From Parcubacteria group bacterium (lineage in GTDB: Bacteria > Patescibacteriota > Minisyncoccia > UBA6257 > JACRHY01), in the NCBI GenBank assembly GCA_016215765.1, contig JACRHY010000021.1, positions 1 through 27,332 on the forward strand: a stretch of 27,332 nt of DNA, written 5' to 3'. Every line of letters starts with the position of its first letter. Position 1 is the first letter of the stretch. The translations under genes and the position numbers were made by a program. Below the pieces are notes generated by a model that worked only from the letters and a program-made list of their open reading frames with translations, was not told the DNA's origin and did not search any database. Below, piece by piece: positions 1 to 8,996 of the stretch.

Positions 1-2
1 AG

Positions 3-809
3 CGTGAGAACGAGGAAGCGTTCACCAAGGATGATCTTATTTTACTTTACGAAATCAACGGAACTATCGAAGGCTTCGGATATCAAAAAGACCCGCGCAT
101 CGACGAGCTCCGACAGGGAAGAAATGCCGAGGAGGATATGCTGGTCATATTTGAATGCACAAGAGAACAAATCGCTCACGTGCCGAGTCAAATAAACGAA
201 AACACCAAAGCCTATGTCGGTCAGCTCGAGCCTGGCATATTCCAGAAACTGCCGGAAAATCTTGAACACATTTATACCTCGTTTCCCGATAAGAAAATTC
301 GCAGAGAAAACGTCGAGATAGGAGGCAAGTCCGCAGAGCAACTTATCTCTGAAATGGAAGCGGCCGGCGACAATATTTCCGACTACGCAAAATCAATGCT
401 CAAAAATAGAGAATTCGTGCCGGGTAAAAATCCGGAGGAAGCGACACTCATCAGACTTACCGTAGCCGATCTTGGATTCAAGAGCAGTGCCACGACCGAT
501 CAAATTTATGAGCGTGCCCAAATTCTCGGACTGGAACTGTGTCCGGCCGATACCGGTCCAAACTATCGTTTAAAGTATAGAAACCAACCTTTGAATGAAT
601 GGATTTACGTGGGCATGAAGCAAATCACCGCGTCTGGCGGCGACCCGCGCGTCTTCGAGCTGGCGCGCCGCGGCGTCGGTTTGTGGCTGCGCGACTTTTG
701 GGCGAGACCCGACGGCGAGTGGAGTCCGGGCTTCGAGTTCGTGTTCCGCCTGCCTGCCGGCGGGCAGGTCTCCGCAAGTCTGAATCTTAAAACCTTTGCC
801 TCTTTATAA
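3..809 (+). CDS. 5'-truncated hypothetical protein with a DGR-variable-region-like C-terminus
   Basis: The frame is open from position 3 (RENEEAFTKDDLILLYEINGTIEGFGYQKDPRIDELR...), so the ATG at 138 is not the true start. The C-terminus (VFELARRGVGLWLRDFWARPDGEWSPGFEFVFRL) is strongly A-depleted at DNA level. Confidence 0.8.
   Translation, partial: RENEEAFTKDDLILLYEINGTIEGFGYQKDPRIDELRQGRNAEEDMLVIFECTREQIAHVPSQINENTKAYVGQLEPGIFQKLPENLEHIYTSFPDKKIRRENVEIGGKSAEQLISEMEAAGDNISDYAKSMLKNREFVPGKNPEEATLIRLTVADLGFKSSATTDQIYERAQILGLELCPADTGPNYRLKYRNQPLNEWIYVGMKQITASGGDPRVFELARRGVGLWLRDFWARPDGEWSPGFEFVFRLPAGGQVSASLNLKTFASL
749..768. repeat. 20-bp GC-rich palindrome, family A, copy 1 (CCTGCCTGCCGGCGGGCAGG)
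   Basis: Self-complementary apart from one T-G pair; 19/20 identical to 14733-14752. Confidence 0.85.
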
Positions 810-812
810 ATT

Positions 813-844
813 TTGACCCTTTGACTCTTGGATTCTTTGATCCT
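813..844 (+). repeat. Four degenerate tandem octamers
   Basis: TTGACCCT TTGACTCT TGGATTCT TTGATCCT, just after the stop of the first gene. Confidence 0.55.
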
Positions 845-965
845 TTTGCATTCGCTTAGCTATCGCTAAGCACTCGCTGGCTTCGTTGAGGATGACGACG
901 TCCTCTTTGTTGAGTGCAAGGGCATGATTTGTTTTTTTCGGTGAGAAGAGTATAAAATTGACGCC

Positions 966-2087
966 ATGAAATCAAAAAACAGACAAAAGGTCTTCGTGGC
1001 GCTTTCGGGCGGCGTTGATTCAAGCGTCGCGGCCTTGTTATTGAAAAATCAGGGATATGATGTCGTCGGCGTTCATATGAGGTGTTACAATTTCAGCGGT
1101 TGCGGCGAAAGAGACGCTTGCGACGCCAAAAGAGCCGCCGATGCTCTGAAGATTCCGTTTTATGTTTTTGACTTTGAAAAAGAATATCGGAAAAAAGTCG
1201 TTGATTACATGATCGGCGGCTATCGTAAAGGAATTACGCCGAATCCCGACGTGATGTGCAATAAGGAAATTAAGTTCGGCTTGTTTTTAAAAAAGGCGCT
1301 CGAGATGGGGGCTGATTTTGTGGCTACAGGGCATTATGTGCGGCTCGCTTCTCGGCATATTTCTGACGGAACCGGCCATCCGCTCCGCGCGAAACATGCC
1401 GAGAAACTCGTTGATAGTTATTCTTTATTCATTGCCAAAGACGAAAACAAAGACCAAAGTTATTTTCTCTGGACTTTGACGCAAAAACAATTAAAGCATT
1501 GTCTGTTTCCCATCGGCGATTATTTGAAAAGCGAAGTGCGGCGGATGGCGCGCCGGGCCGGTTTGCCGACGGCGGATAAAAAGGATTCGCAGGGCGTTTG
1601 TTTTATCGGAAAAATAAGCTTGCCGGAATTTTTAAACTCCGAAATTCCCGCCCAAAAGGGGCCGATTTTGAATTTAAAAGGCGAAAAAATAGGGGAGCAC
1701 GACGGCGTTTATCCTTTTACCGTCGGTCAGCGGCATGGAATAAAAATTTCCGCGAAAAAACCGCTTTATGTCGTTCGTAAAAACATCAAGGCCAATACTC
1801 TGGTGGTGGCGGAAGGGAGCGATAATCCGGCGCTTTATAAAAATGAAATTAACGTTACCAGCGTCAATTTCATCGGCCGGCGACCGAAAATTAACGCCAA
1901 ACTGCCGGTTTTGATCCGGGTGAGATACAGACAGCCGCCGGTAAAAGCCGTCTTGTCGTGCCGCCGGTCACCGATCGCCGGATGTAAATTGATTTTTGAT
2001 AAACCGCAAAAATTCATCGCGGCCGGCCAGTCGGCGGTGTTTTACGCCAAGAACGGAGAATTGCTCGGCGGCGGCATCATTGCTTAG
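966..2087 (+). CDS. mnmA: tRNA 2-thiouridine(34) synthase MnmA
   Basis: SGGVDSS PP-loop, TPNPDVMCN, ATGHY, KDQSYFL, KKDSQGVCF, TVGQRHG, GQSAVFY and LGGGII motifs. Confidence 0.97.
   Translation: MKSKNRQKVFVALSGGVDSSVAALLLKNQGYDVVGVHMRCYNFSGCGERDACDAKRAADALKIPFYVFDFEKEYRKKVVDYMIGGYRKGITPNPDVMCNKEIKFGLFLKKALEMGADFVATGHYVRLASRHISDGTGHPLRAKHAEKLVDSYSLFIAKDENKDQSYFLWTLTQKQLKHCLFPIGDYLKSEVRRMARRAGLPTADKKDSQGVCFIGKISLPEFLNSEIPAQKGPILNLKGEKIGEHDGVYPFTVGQRHGIKISAKKPLYVVRKNIKANTLVVAEGSDNPALYKNEINVTSVNFIGRRPKINAKLPVLIRVRYRQPPVKAVLSCRRSPIAGCKLIFDKPQKFIAAGQSAVFYAKNGELLGGGIIA
1349..1405. repeat. Inverted repeat inside the mnmA variable loop
   Basis: Arms TTCTCGGCATATTTC (1349-1363) and GAAACATGCCGAGAA (1391-1405), 14/15 complementary. 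Confidence 0.65.
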
Positions 2088-2097
2088 GAGAGCAAGA

Positions 2098-3827
2098 TTA
2101 TTTTTTCTTTTCTATTTCTTCGGCGATTTGCCTTACGAATTTTTCAAGTTTAACGGAGCCGATGTCGCCTTTTTCGCGCTTTCTGACGGCGACGTTTTTT
2201 GATTTCATTTCTTTGTCGCCGACGATGAGAAGATAGGGAATTTTCCGGATTTCTCCGTCGCGGATTTTTTTGCCAACGCTTTCGTTTTCGTTTCGCAATT
2301 CGGCGCGGATTCCGTTTTCGTTCAAAACGTCAAAAACTCCTTTGGCGTATTTTAAATGATTTTTTCCGATGGGCAACACCTGAACTTGAACGGGCGCGAG
2401 CCAGAGCGGCAGGTTGCCGGAAAAATGTTCCAAAAGAAGGCCGATAAAGCGCTCAAACGATCCGATGGAAGAGCGGTGGATCATTACCGGTTTTGCTTTT
2501 CTCCTTTTTCGTCAATGAAATACAAATCAAAACGTTGAGGCATTTGAAAATCAAGCTGAATCGTGGCGAGCGTCCATTCGCGATTGAGAGAGTCGGAGAC
2601 GTTGACGTCTATTTTGGGGCCGTAAAACGCGCCGTCGCCTTCGTTTATTTTGTACTCCAGCCGGTTTTTTTTCAGCGCTTCCCGAAGAGCCGCCTCCGCC
2701 GTTTCCCATAATTTAGGATCGCCCATCGCTTTTTCCGGCTTGGTGGAGAGAAAAAAATTAGTTTTCAACCCGAATGTTTTGTGTATTTTCTTGATGAGCG
2801 ACAAAACGCCGCTGATTTCTTTTTGAATTTGATCTTCGCGGCAGTAGATATGGGCGTCGTCTTGCGTGAAGCCGTAGACGCGGAATAATCCCGTCAAGGT
2901 GCCGGAGCGTTCGCGGCGGTGAAGCAGGCCGAATTCCGACAGCCGGACGGGGAGATCTTTGTAACTGCGGAGCTTGCCGGAGAAAATAAACGTTGATTCC
3001 GGACAGTTCATCGCCTTAAGATCAAATTTTTCGCTTTCCACCGTCAATTCAAAAAGATTTTCCTTGTAGTGCGAAAGATGCCCGGATGTCTCGTAGAGTT
3101 TTTCCTTAACCAAAACCGGCGTTGAGGTTTCCTGATAGCCGGCTTCTCGTTGAAGCGCCCCGATGAATTTTTTAAGCTCGTTTACTATCGTCATTCCGTT
3201 TTGATGCCAAAAAGGAGCGCCCGGCGCGATATCGTGGAAGGAAAACAAATCCAGTTTTTCCCCCAACCGGCGGTGGTCGCGTTTTTCAATTTCTTTCTGC
3301 AGTTCAAGATAATCGTCCAGCTCTTTTTTGGAAGCGAAAGCGAGGCCGTAGATTCTCGTCAGCATCGGATTTTTTTCACTCCCGCGCCAGTAAGCGCCGG
3401 CGGTTTTCGCCAGCTTAAAGGCCTCGGGATTTATTTCGGCGGTCGTTTTGACGTGCGGCCCTTTGCAAAGGTCGGCAAACCGTCCGCTTTCGTAAATGGA
3501 GATCGGCTCGTTGGCGGCGGCGATTTCTTTGATCAGTTCCAGTTTGAACGGCTGGTTTTGGAAAACGCGCGCGCTTTCGTCCGCGGAAATTTCCTTTTTC
3601 TTGAAAGCGAAGCCGCTTTTTACGAGTTGCTTCATTGTTTTCTCCAGTCCGGGCAATTCCTCGTTTTTTAGCGGTTCGGGAAGGAGAAAGTCGTAATAAA
3701 AACCGTTCTCAATGACGGGGCCGATGCCGAGTTTAGCGTCGGGAAATTTTTTCAAAACCGCCATTGCCAGAAGATGGGCGAGAGAATGGCGGGCGTCGTT
3801 GATTTTTTCCTGTTTTTTTTCTTTCAT
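2098..3827 (-). CDS. thrS: Threonine--tRNA ligase split into ORFs 2484-3827 and 2098-2484 by a one-base frameshift near 2491-2494
   Basis: Upstream ORF: HSLAHLLA, DLCKGPHV, GAYWRG, RDHRRLG, MNCP, FTQDDAHI, GAFYGPKID, TIQLDF. Downstream ORF: motif 3 (MIHRSSIGSFERFIGLL) and the anticodon-binding domain. One extra A in CAAAACCG restores EKQKPVMIHR. Confidence 0.93.
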
Positions 3828-3845
3828 GGAGAATTATCGGAAAAT

Positions 3846-4193
3846 TTAATGGTCCATTTTTGAGAGCGGTCGGTCTCCGTCCGCGAGGAAATTTTCCTGT
3901 TTATTGATGAATTTTTTCAGCTGTTCGCTTAAAAGCTCTTGATTTTGAGCCAGCGATTTTATTAAATCAAGCTCTTTTTCGCCGCCGCGCACCTGGTCAA
4001 GGTATTCCGCTAATTTGCCGATGAGTTCGGCGTTTTGATAATAAATCAGTTGGCCGTCCGGACTTCTTAGTTCCGCTTCAAAAACGTGGCCGTTTTTTTC
4101 CCGAAAAGTGATGAGGCCGCGCAAAGTTCCTTCCGCGATAATCATTTCGCCGGCGGTTTGATAGCTTTTTATTTTTTCCTGATTGCCTTCCAT
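3846..4193 (-). CDS. Hypothetical protein with possible C-terminal coiled coil
   Basis: 115-aa ORF packed co-directionally between dnaE and thrS with short gaps; no recognised motif. Confidence 0.7.
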   Translation of the reverse strand: MEGNQEKIKSYQTAGEMIIAEGTLRGLITFREKNGHVFEAELRSPDGQLIYYQNAELIGKLAEYLDQVRGGEKELDLIKSLAQNQELLSEQLKKFINKQENFLADGDRPLSKMDH

Positions 4194-4210
4194 TGATGGG
4201 TTAAGTTATT

Positions 4211-7200
4211 TTATCCGCCGATTGCGGTTGCCTCCCTGCAAATAATTTTCGTTTCGCCGTCGCGCAGCGACACCCCTCCTTTTATCATTAAAACGCTGTT
4301 TTCTTGCCAAACGTCGGGATTTTTCGCCAGCGTATCGGAAAAAACGATTATCTCCATCGTTCCGCTCAAGTCCTCAATGCCGGCGAAAATCATCGGTTGG
4401 CCGAGTTTGGTGGTGATGCGCTTTATCCGCGACACGATTCCGGCGATGCTGATTACGGCCCTTGCCGGAATCTCCGCGCCTTTCGCCGCGATTTCTTTTA
4501 TTGATTGTACTTTATTTTCGGCCAGTTTGTTAAGATGGGCGTTGAGCGGGTGATCGGAGATGTAAAGTCCGAGCAATTCTTTTTCCCAGCCGAGTTTTTC
4601 CTGCGTTGACGCCGGCGGCGCCGCTTTCAGGCGGAACACCAGCGCGGAGAGGGAGCCGGCAAAAAGGGAATTTTGGGAACTGGCGCGCGCTTTTTTGCCG
4701 TCGGAGACGAATTTCAGGATATCGTCAATGTTTTTCAGCACGGCGTTTCTTTCGGCGCCCAGCGATTCAAGCGCTCCGCTTTTCGCCAAACTCTCAAGCG
4801 ATTTTTTATTAAGGTCTTTGTGCTGAACGCGGCTTAAAAAATCCCCCAAATCGGCGAAAGGCCCGCCGCGGCGACGCTCCTCTATGATCGCCTCCACGAT
4901 GTTCGCTCCGACATTTTTTATCGCTAAAAGCCCGAAGCGGACACTTGTTCCTTCGGGAGCGAAAAGCGTTGAGCTGGCGTTGATATCCGGGGGGAGAACG
5001 CTGATATCCATTTTTTTCGCTTCGGAAACGAGAACGGAAATCCGCTCAACGTCGCCCGATTCGGCGTTAAACAGGGCGGTCATAAATTCAACCGGAAAAT
5101 ACGCCTTTAAGTAGGCGGTTTGGTATCCGATTAAGGCGTAGCAGGCGGCGTGGCTTCGGTTGAAACCGTAACGCGCGAATGGCGGAAAGAGTTCCCAGAT
5201 CTGCGCCGCCGTTCTTTTGTCTATGCCGTTTTGAATCATTCCTGAAATAAGCTTTTCCTGCTGTTTGTCCAACAAGGATTTGATCTTTTTTCCGATGGCT
5301 TTGCGCAAAGTGTCGGCTTCGGCGAGGGTGAATCCGGCCAGGTCTCTGGCGATTTGCATCATTTGTTCCTGATAAACGCCGATGCCGTAAGTGTTTTTGA
5401 GAATCGGTTCCAGTTTGGGATGAAGATAGGAGATTCGCTCGCGGCCGTGCTTGCGGTTGACGTAAATGGGAATAAGCTCCATCGGACCGGGGCGGTAAAG
5501 CGCGACCATGGCGATAATGTCTTCAAGTTCCGTCGGACGTATTTCTTTGAGGTAGCGTCTCATCCCGGACGATTCCAGCTGAAAAACTCCGGTGGTGTCG
5601 CCGCGTTGGAGAAGTTCAAAGGTTTTTTTGTCGTCAAGGGGAAGGGCGGCGATATCTATCCGGGCGTCGGCAAACTCTTTCGCCAATCGCACCGTTTCTT
5701 CAATGATGGTGAGGTTCTTGAGTCCCAGAAAATCCATTTTCAAAAGGCCGAGATCTTCCACGCTGTGCATTTCCAGCTGGGTGATGACGGAATTTTCGTC
5801 CTGCGGGGAACGCTGAAGGGGGAGGTGTTCAATGAGCGGTTTTTTGGAAATAACGACTCCGCAGGCGTGCGTGGAAGCGTGGCGCGCCACTCCTTCCAGT
5901 TTTTTGGCGGCATCTATGACTTTTTTGGCGTCGGGGTCGTTTTTATACAGGTCGCCGAGTTCGGAAACGGCGGAAACGGCGTCGCTTAATCCGGAATTGA
6001 ACGGGATGAGTTTCGCGATTTTATCGCAGAAGCCGTAACTCAAACCGAGCGCCCGGCCGGCGTCGCGGATGGCGGCGCGGGCGGCCATCGTCCCGAAAGT
6101 GATAATCTGAGCGACGTTGCTTTCCCCGTATTTTTGTTTGACGTAAGCCAGCACTTCGTCGCGGCGGGTGTCGGCAAAATCAATGTCAATATCGGGCATC
6201 TGGATGCGGTCGGGATTGAGAAATCGTTCAAAAAGCAGGTTATATTTCAGCGGGTCAATGTCGGTGATGCCGAGAACGTAGGAAACCAAACTGCCGGCGG
6301 CCGAGCCGCGTCCGGGACCGACGACGATTCCGCGATCTTTCGCCCACTTAATGAGATCGGCGACAATGAGAAAATATTCGGCGAAGCCGGTTTTTTCAAT
6401 CACTCCCAATTCGTACTCAAACCGCTCAAGGACTTTTTGGTCATCGGGGGCGTATCGTTGGGACAGGCGTTCAAGGGCGAGCTCTCTAAGGTGAATGTCC
6501 GGAAAAACGCCCTCGGGAAGGGGATAGGACGGCAACTGCGTTTCGTTCAGTTTTAATTCAAGATTGCAGCGGTCGGCGATGGCGGAGGTGTTGCTTACCG
6601 CTTCGGGAACATCGCGGAAAAATTCCGCCATCTGTTCGGGAGAGGTCATTGAAAAATCGTCGCCTCTTAAAGACAGGCGGTCGTCGTCGGTTACTTTATT
6701 GCCCGTTTGGACGGCCAGCAGAATGTCGTGGTATTCGGCGTCTTCCGGTTTGAGATAGTGGATGTCTTGAGTGGCGACGAGAGGGATGCTTGTTTCGCGT
6801 GACAGCCGGATGAGCGACTCGCGGGCTTTTTGGGAGTCGGGGACGTTCGGGTGATGGCCGATTTCCAGAAAAAAATTGCCCTCGCGGAATATTTCTTCGT
6901 ATTCCCGCGCCGCTTTTTTCGCTTCTTCGTATCGGTCGGCAACGAGCAGTTTGGCGATTTCTCCGGAAACGCAGCCGGAAAGAGCGATAAGCCCTTCGTG
7001 ATGCCGGCGCAGAAGCTCTTTGTCCACTCGCGGCTTGTAGTAGTAGCCGTCAAGGTGCGCTTTCGTGATAAGCCGCACCAGATTTTTCCAGCCGGTTTCG
7101 TTTTCGCAGAGAAGGATTAAGTGGTATCTTTTGTCGTCTATTTTGGGACGCTTGTTTTCGTGGCCGTGAGGGGCGATGTACGTTTCCACTCCCAGAATCG

Positions 7201-7381
7201 GCTTGATTCCGCCCTCCCGGGCTTTTTTATAGAATTCTATCGCGCCGTAAAGAGCGCCGTGATCGGTCAGGGCGAGGGAGCTCATTCCCAGTTCCTTGGC
7301 GCGGGCGACGAGTTCGTCTATTTTGGCGAGGCCGTCAAGAAGCGAGTAGTGGGAGTGGGTATGCAGATGGGCGAATTTCAT
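4211..7381 (-). CDS. dnaE: DNA polymerase III alpha subunit
   Basis: PHP domain HLHTHSHYSLLDG, GPGRGSAAGS, PDIDIDF, GLLKMDFLGL, GVFQLES, YGFNRSHA and a C-terminal OB fold. Confidence 0.98.
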   Translation of the reverse strand: MKFAHLHTHSHYSLLDGLAKIDELVARAKELGMSSLALTDHGALYGAIEFYKKAREGGIKPILGVETYIAPHGHENKRPKIDDKRYHLILLCENETGWKNLVRLITKAHLDGYYYKPRVDKELLRRHHEGLIALSGCVSGEIAKLLVADRYEEAKKAAREYEEIFREGNFFLEIGHHPNVPDSQKARESLIRLSRETSIPLVATQDIHYLKPEDAEYHDILLAVQTGNKVTDDDRLSLRGDDFSMTSPEQMAEFFRDVPEAVSNTSAIADRCNLELKLNETQLPSYPLPEGVFPDIHLRELALERLSQRYAPDDQKVLERFEYELGVIEKTGFAEYFLIVADLIKWAKDRGIVVGPGRGSAAGSLVSYVLGITDIDPLKYNLLFERFLNPDRIQMPDIDIDFADTRRDEVLAYVKQKYGESNVAQIITFGTMAARAAIRDAGRALGLSYGFCDKIAKLIPFNSGLSDAVSAVSELGDLYKNDPDAKKVIDAAKKLEGVARHASTHACGVVISKKPLIEHLPLQRSPQDENSVITQLEMHSVEDLGLLKMDFLGLKNLTIIEETVRLAKEFADARIDIAALPLDDKKTFELLQRGDTTGVFQLESSGMRRYLKEIRPTELEDIIAMVALYRPGPMELIPIYVNRKHGRERISYLHPKLEPILKNTYGIGVYQEQMMQIARDLAGFTLAEADTLRKAIGKKIKSLLDKQQEKLISGMIQNGIDKRTAAQIWELFPPFARYGFNRSHAACYALIGYQTAYLKAYFPVEFMTALFNAESGDVERISVLVSEAKKMDISVLPPDINASSTLFAPEGTSVRFGLLAIKNVGANIVEAIIEERRRGGPFADLGDFLSRVQHKDLNKKSLESLAKSGALESLGAERNAVLKNIDDILKFVSDGKKARASSQNSLFAGSLSALVFRLKAAPPASTQEKLGWEKELLGLYISDHPLNAHLNKLAENKVQSIKEIAAKGAEIPARAVISIAGIVSRIKRITTKLGQPMIFAGIEDLSGTMEIIVFSDTLAKNPDVWQENSVLMIKGGVSLRDGETKIICREATAIGG

Positions 7382-7455
7382 AAAAAACGTTTGACTTTGC
7401 CTACTATGATAATGTATATTTTTTTTTAGTCAAAACCCCAACAAGGAGGAAGGCG

Positions 7456-7743
7456 ATGAGAATGGGAAATCTGATTGAAATGGCGATCAGGGGGTTGAGC
7501 GACCGGGAATACAGGGATCATCGCGAGCATTTATCGCGAGATCTCCAAAAGCTGGACGCGCTCCACGAGATGCTCGCGGCGAATTTTACGGATGACGGCG
7601 AGCGTCGGAGGTCTCTCTACGCCGATTTTGACAAACACTTCTATCTCGCTCTGGACGACTTTGTCCTGCGCGTCACGCATCTGCGCAATGCTTTCAAGAG
7701 CGATCTGACGTTGCTTCAAAGTCAGCGTCAGCGGAATCGGTAA
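7456..7743 (+). CDS. Small helical hypothetical protein
   Basis: AAGGAGG upstream of the ATG, TTGACT...TATATT promoter-like sequence at 7391-7420, and a terminator downstream. Confidence 0.7.
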   Translation: MRMGNLIEMAIRGLSDREYRDHREHLSRDLQKLDALHEMLAANFTDDGERRRSLYADFDKHFYLALDDFVLRVTHLRNAFKSDLTLLQSQRQRNR

Positions 7744-7764
7744 GCGGTTTGGCGGTTTCATTAC

Positions 7765-7790
7765 CCGGCGCTTCAGGCGCCGGTTTTTTT
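7765..7790 (+). terminator. Intrinsic terminator
   Basis: Stem CCGGCGC/GCGCCGG, loop TTCAG, then T7. Confidence 0.75.
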
Positions 7791-7798
7791 ATGCGATA

Positions 7799-8443
7799 AT
7801 GGCCGCTATGGCGGAAAAGTATATTATCGGCATTGACGAAGTCGGTCGCGGCGCTTTAGCGGGGCCGGTAGCGGTCGCGGCCGTTTTGCTGCCCTCGGGA
7901 TTCGGACGCGAAATCGCCAAAGCCGGTCTGCCAATGAGAGATTCCAAAAAATTATCCCCGAAACAACGGGAGAACTGGTTTCGTTTTATAAAAAATCATC
8001 CGAAAATTTTTTACGCGGTCGCGAGCGTTTCGCCGAAAATTATTGACGAAATAAACATTTCTCAGGCCGCTAATTTAGCCGCCACCCGCGCTTTTCATCG
8101 GCTAATTGCGAATCGCAAAGCGCAAAGCAAGCATTATAAGGTTTTTCTTGACGGCGGTTTGTATTTGCAAAAAATTCCATATTCCAAATTTCATATTCTA
8201 AATTCTATTATCAAGGGCGACGAAAAAATTCCGGCGATTTCTCTGGCTTCCGTTGTCGCCAAGGTGACGCGCGACAAAAAAATGAAAAAACTTCACGAAA
8301 AATATCCCCGCTATGATTTTATGAACAACGTCGGCTACGGAACGGAAGGACACATTAAAGCGATTAAAAAATGCGGGCATTCCGCCGTTCACCGTCGCAG
8401 TTTCCGGATTCATTCGTTTGCTGAAGGGAAGTTTTCGGAATAA
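7799..8443 (+). CDS. rnhB: Ribonuclease HII (start may be 7808)
   Basis: GIDEVGRGALAGPV, DSKKLS, FLDGG, KGD, SLASVVAKVTRD, GYGT and HRRSF motifs. Confidence 0.96.
   Translation: MAAMAEKYIIGIDEVGRGALAGPVAVAAVLLPSGFGREIAKAGLPMRDSKKLSPKQRENWFRFIKNHPKIFYAVASVSPKIIDEINISQAANLAATRAFHRLIANRKAQSKHYKVFLDGGLYLQKIPYSKFHILNSIIKGDEKIPAISLASVVAKVTRDKKMKKLHEKYPRYDFMNNVGYGTEGHIKAIKKCGHSAVHRRSFRIHSFAEGKFSE
8173..8207 (+). repeat. Five tandem degenerate heptamers inside rnhB
   Basis: AATTCCA TATTCCA AATTTCA TATTCTA AATTCTA. Confidence 0.7.
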
Positions 8444-8453
8444 AATCAGTTCC

Positions 8454-8981
8454 ATGATCGTCGTATTTACCGGAAACGGGAAGGGAAAAACAACGGCGGC
8501 GCTTGGTCAGGCGATGCGCGCTCTGGGAAGGGGAAGGCGCGTTTTGATGATCCAATTCATCAAGGGCCCGTGGAAAAGCGGGGAAGATTTTTTTGCCGCT
8601 AAATTTAAAATTTCGAATTTCAGATTCCGAATCCGAAAAATGGGACTGGGCTTCGTCGGCATTCTGGGCGACAAACTGCCGCGCTTGGCGCACGTGGCGG
8701 CCGCCGAAAAAGCGCTGAATTATTTCAAGCGGGAATTGAAAAGCGGCAAGTGGGATATGATAATTTTGGATGAAATTAACGTCGCCGCTCGCTTGAAACT
8801 GGTGAAAAGCGGAGACGTTTTGAGGACTCTCAAAAAAGTTCCTCCGGCAAAAATTGTTTTGTTGACCGGCCGATACGCGCCGGCGGCTTTTATCAGGAGA
8901 GCGGATTTGGTCACGGAAATGCGGGAAATAAAACATCCGTTCAAAAAGGGAAAATTAGCGGAAGCGGCGCTGGAATTTTAA
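8454..8981 (+). CDS. cobO: Cob(I)yrinic acid a,c-diamide adenosyltransferase, CobO/BtuR type
   Basis: VFTGNGKGKTTAALG, IQFIKG, IILDEIN, LTGR, ADLVTEM and HPF. Start moved to the ATG at 8454. Confidence 0.92.
   Translation: MIVVFTGNGKGKTTAALGQAMRALGRGRRVLMIQFIKGPWKSGEDFFAAKFKISNFRFRIRKMGLGFVGILGDKLPRLAHVAAAEKALNYFKRELKSGKWDMIILDEINVAARLKLVKSGDVLRTLKKVPPAKIVLLTGRYAPAAFIRRADLVTEMREIKHPFKKGKLAEAALEF
8601..8635 (+). repeat. Five tandem degenerate heptamers inside cobO
   Basis: AAATTTA AAATTTC GAATTTC AGATTCC GAATCCG, encoding KFKISNFRFRIR. Confidence 0.55.
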
Positions 8982-8996
8982 TCTTCCGAAACGCCG

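Noticed and set aside
854-871. GCTTAGC-TATC-GCTAAGC hairpin as the DGR homing hairpin
   Set aside because: It lies about 80 bp beyond the putative variable region. The characterised Bordetella phage hairpin is only a few bases downstream, so there is not enough support.
4304-7429. Many antisense and alternate-frame ORFs over dnaE, and likewise over thrS, aspS, cca, pncA, pncB and nadE
   Set aside because: They overlap well-supported genes, show no recognisable motifs, and are expected shadows of GC-rich codon usage.
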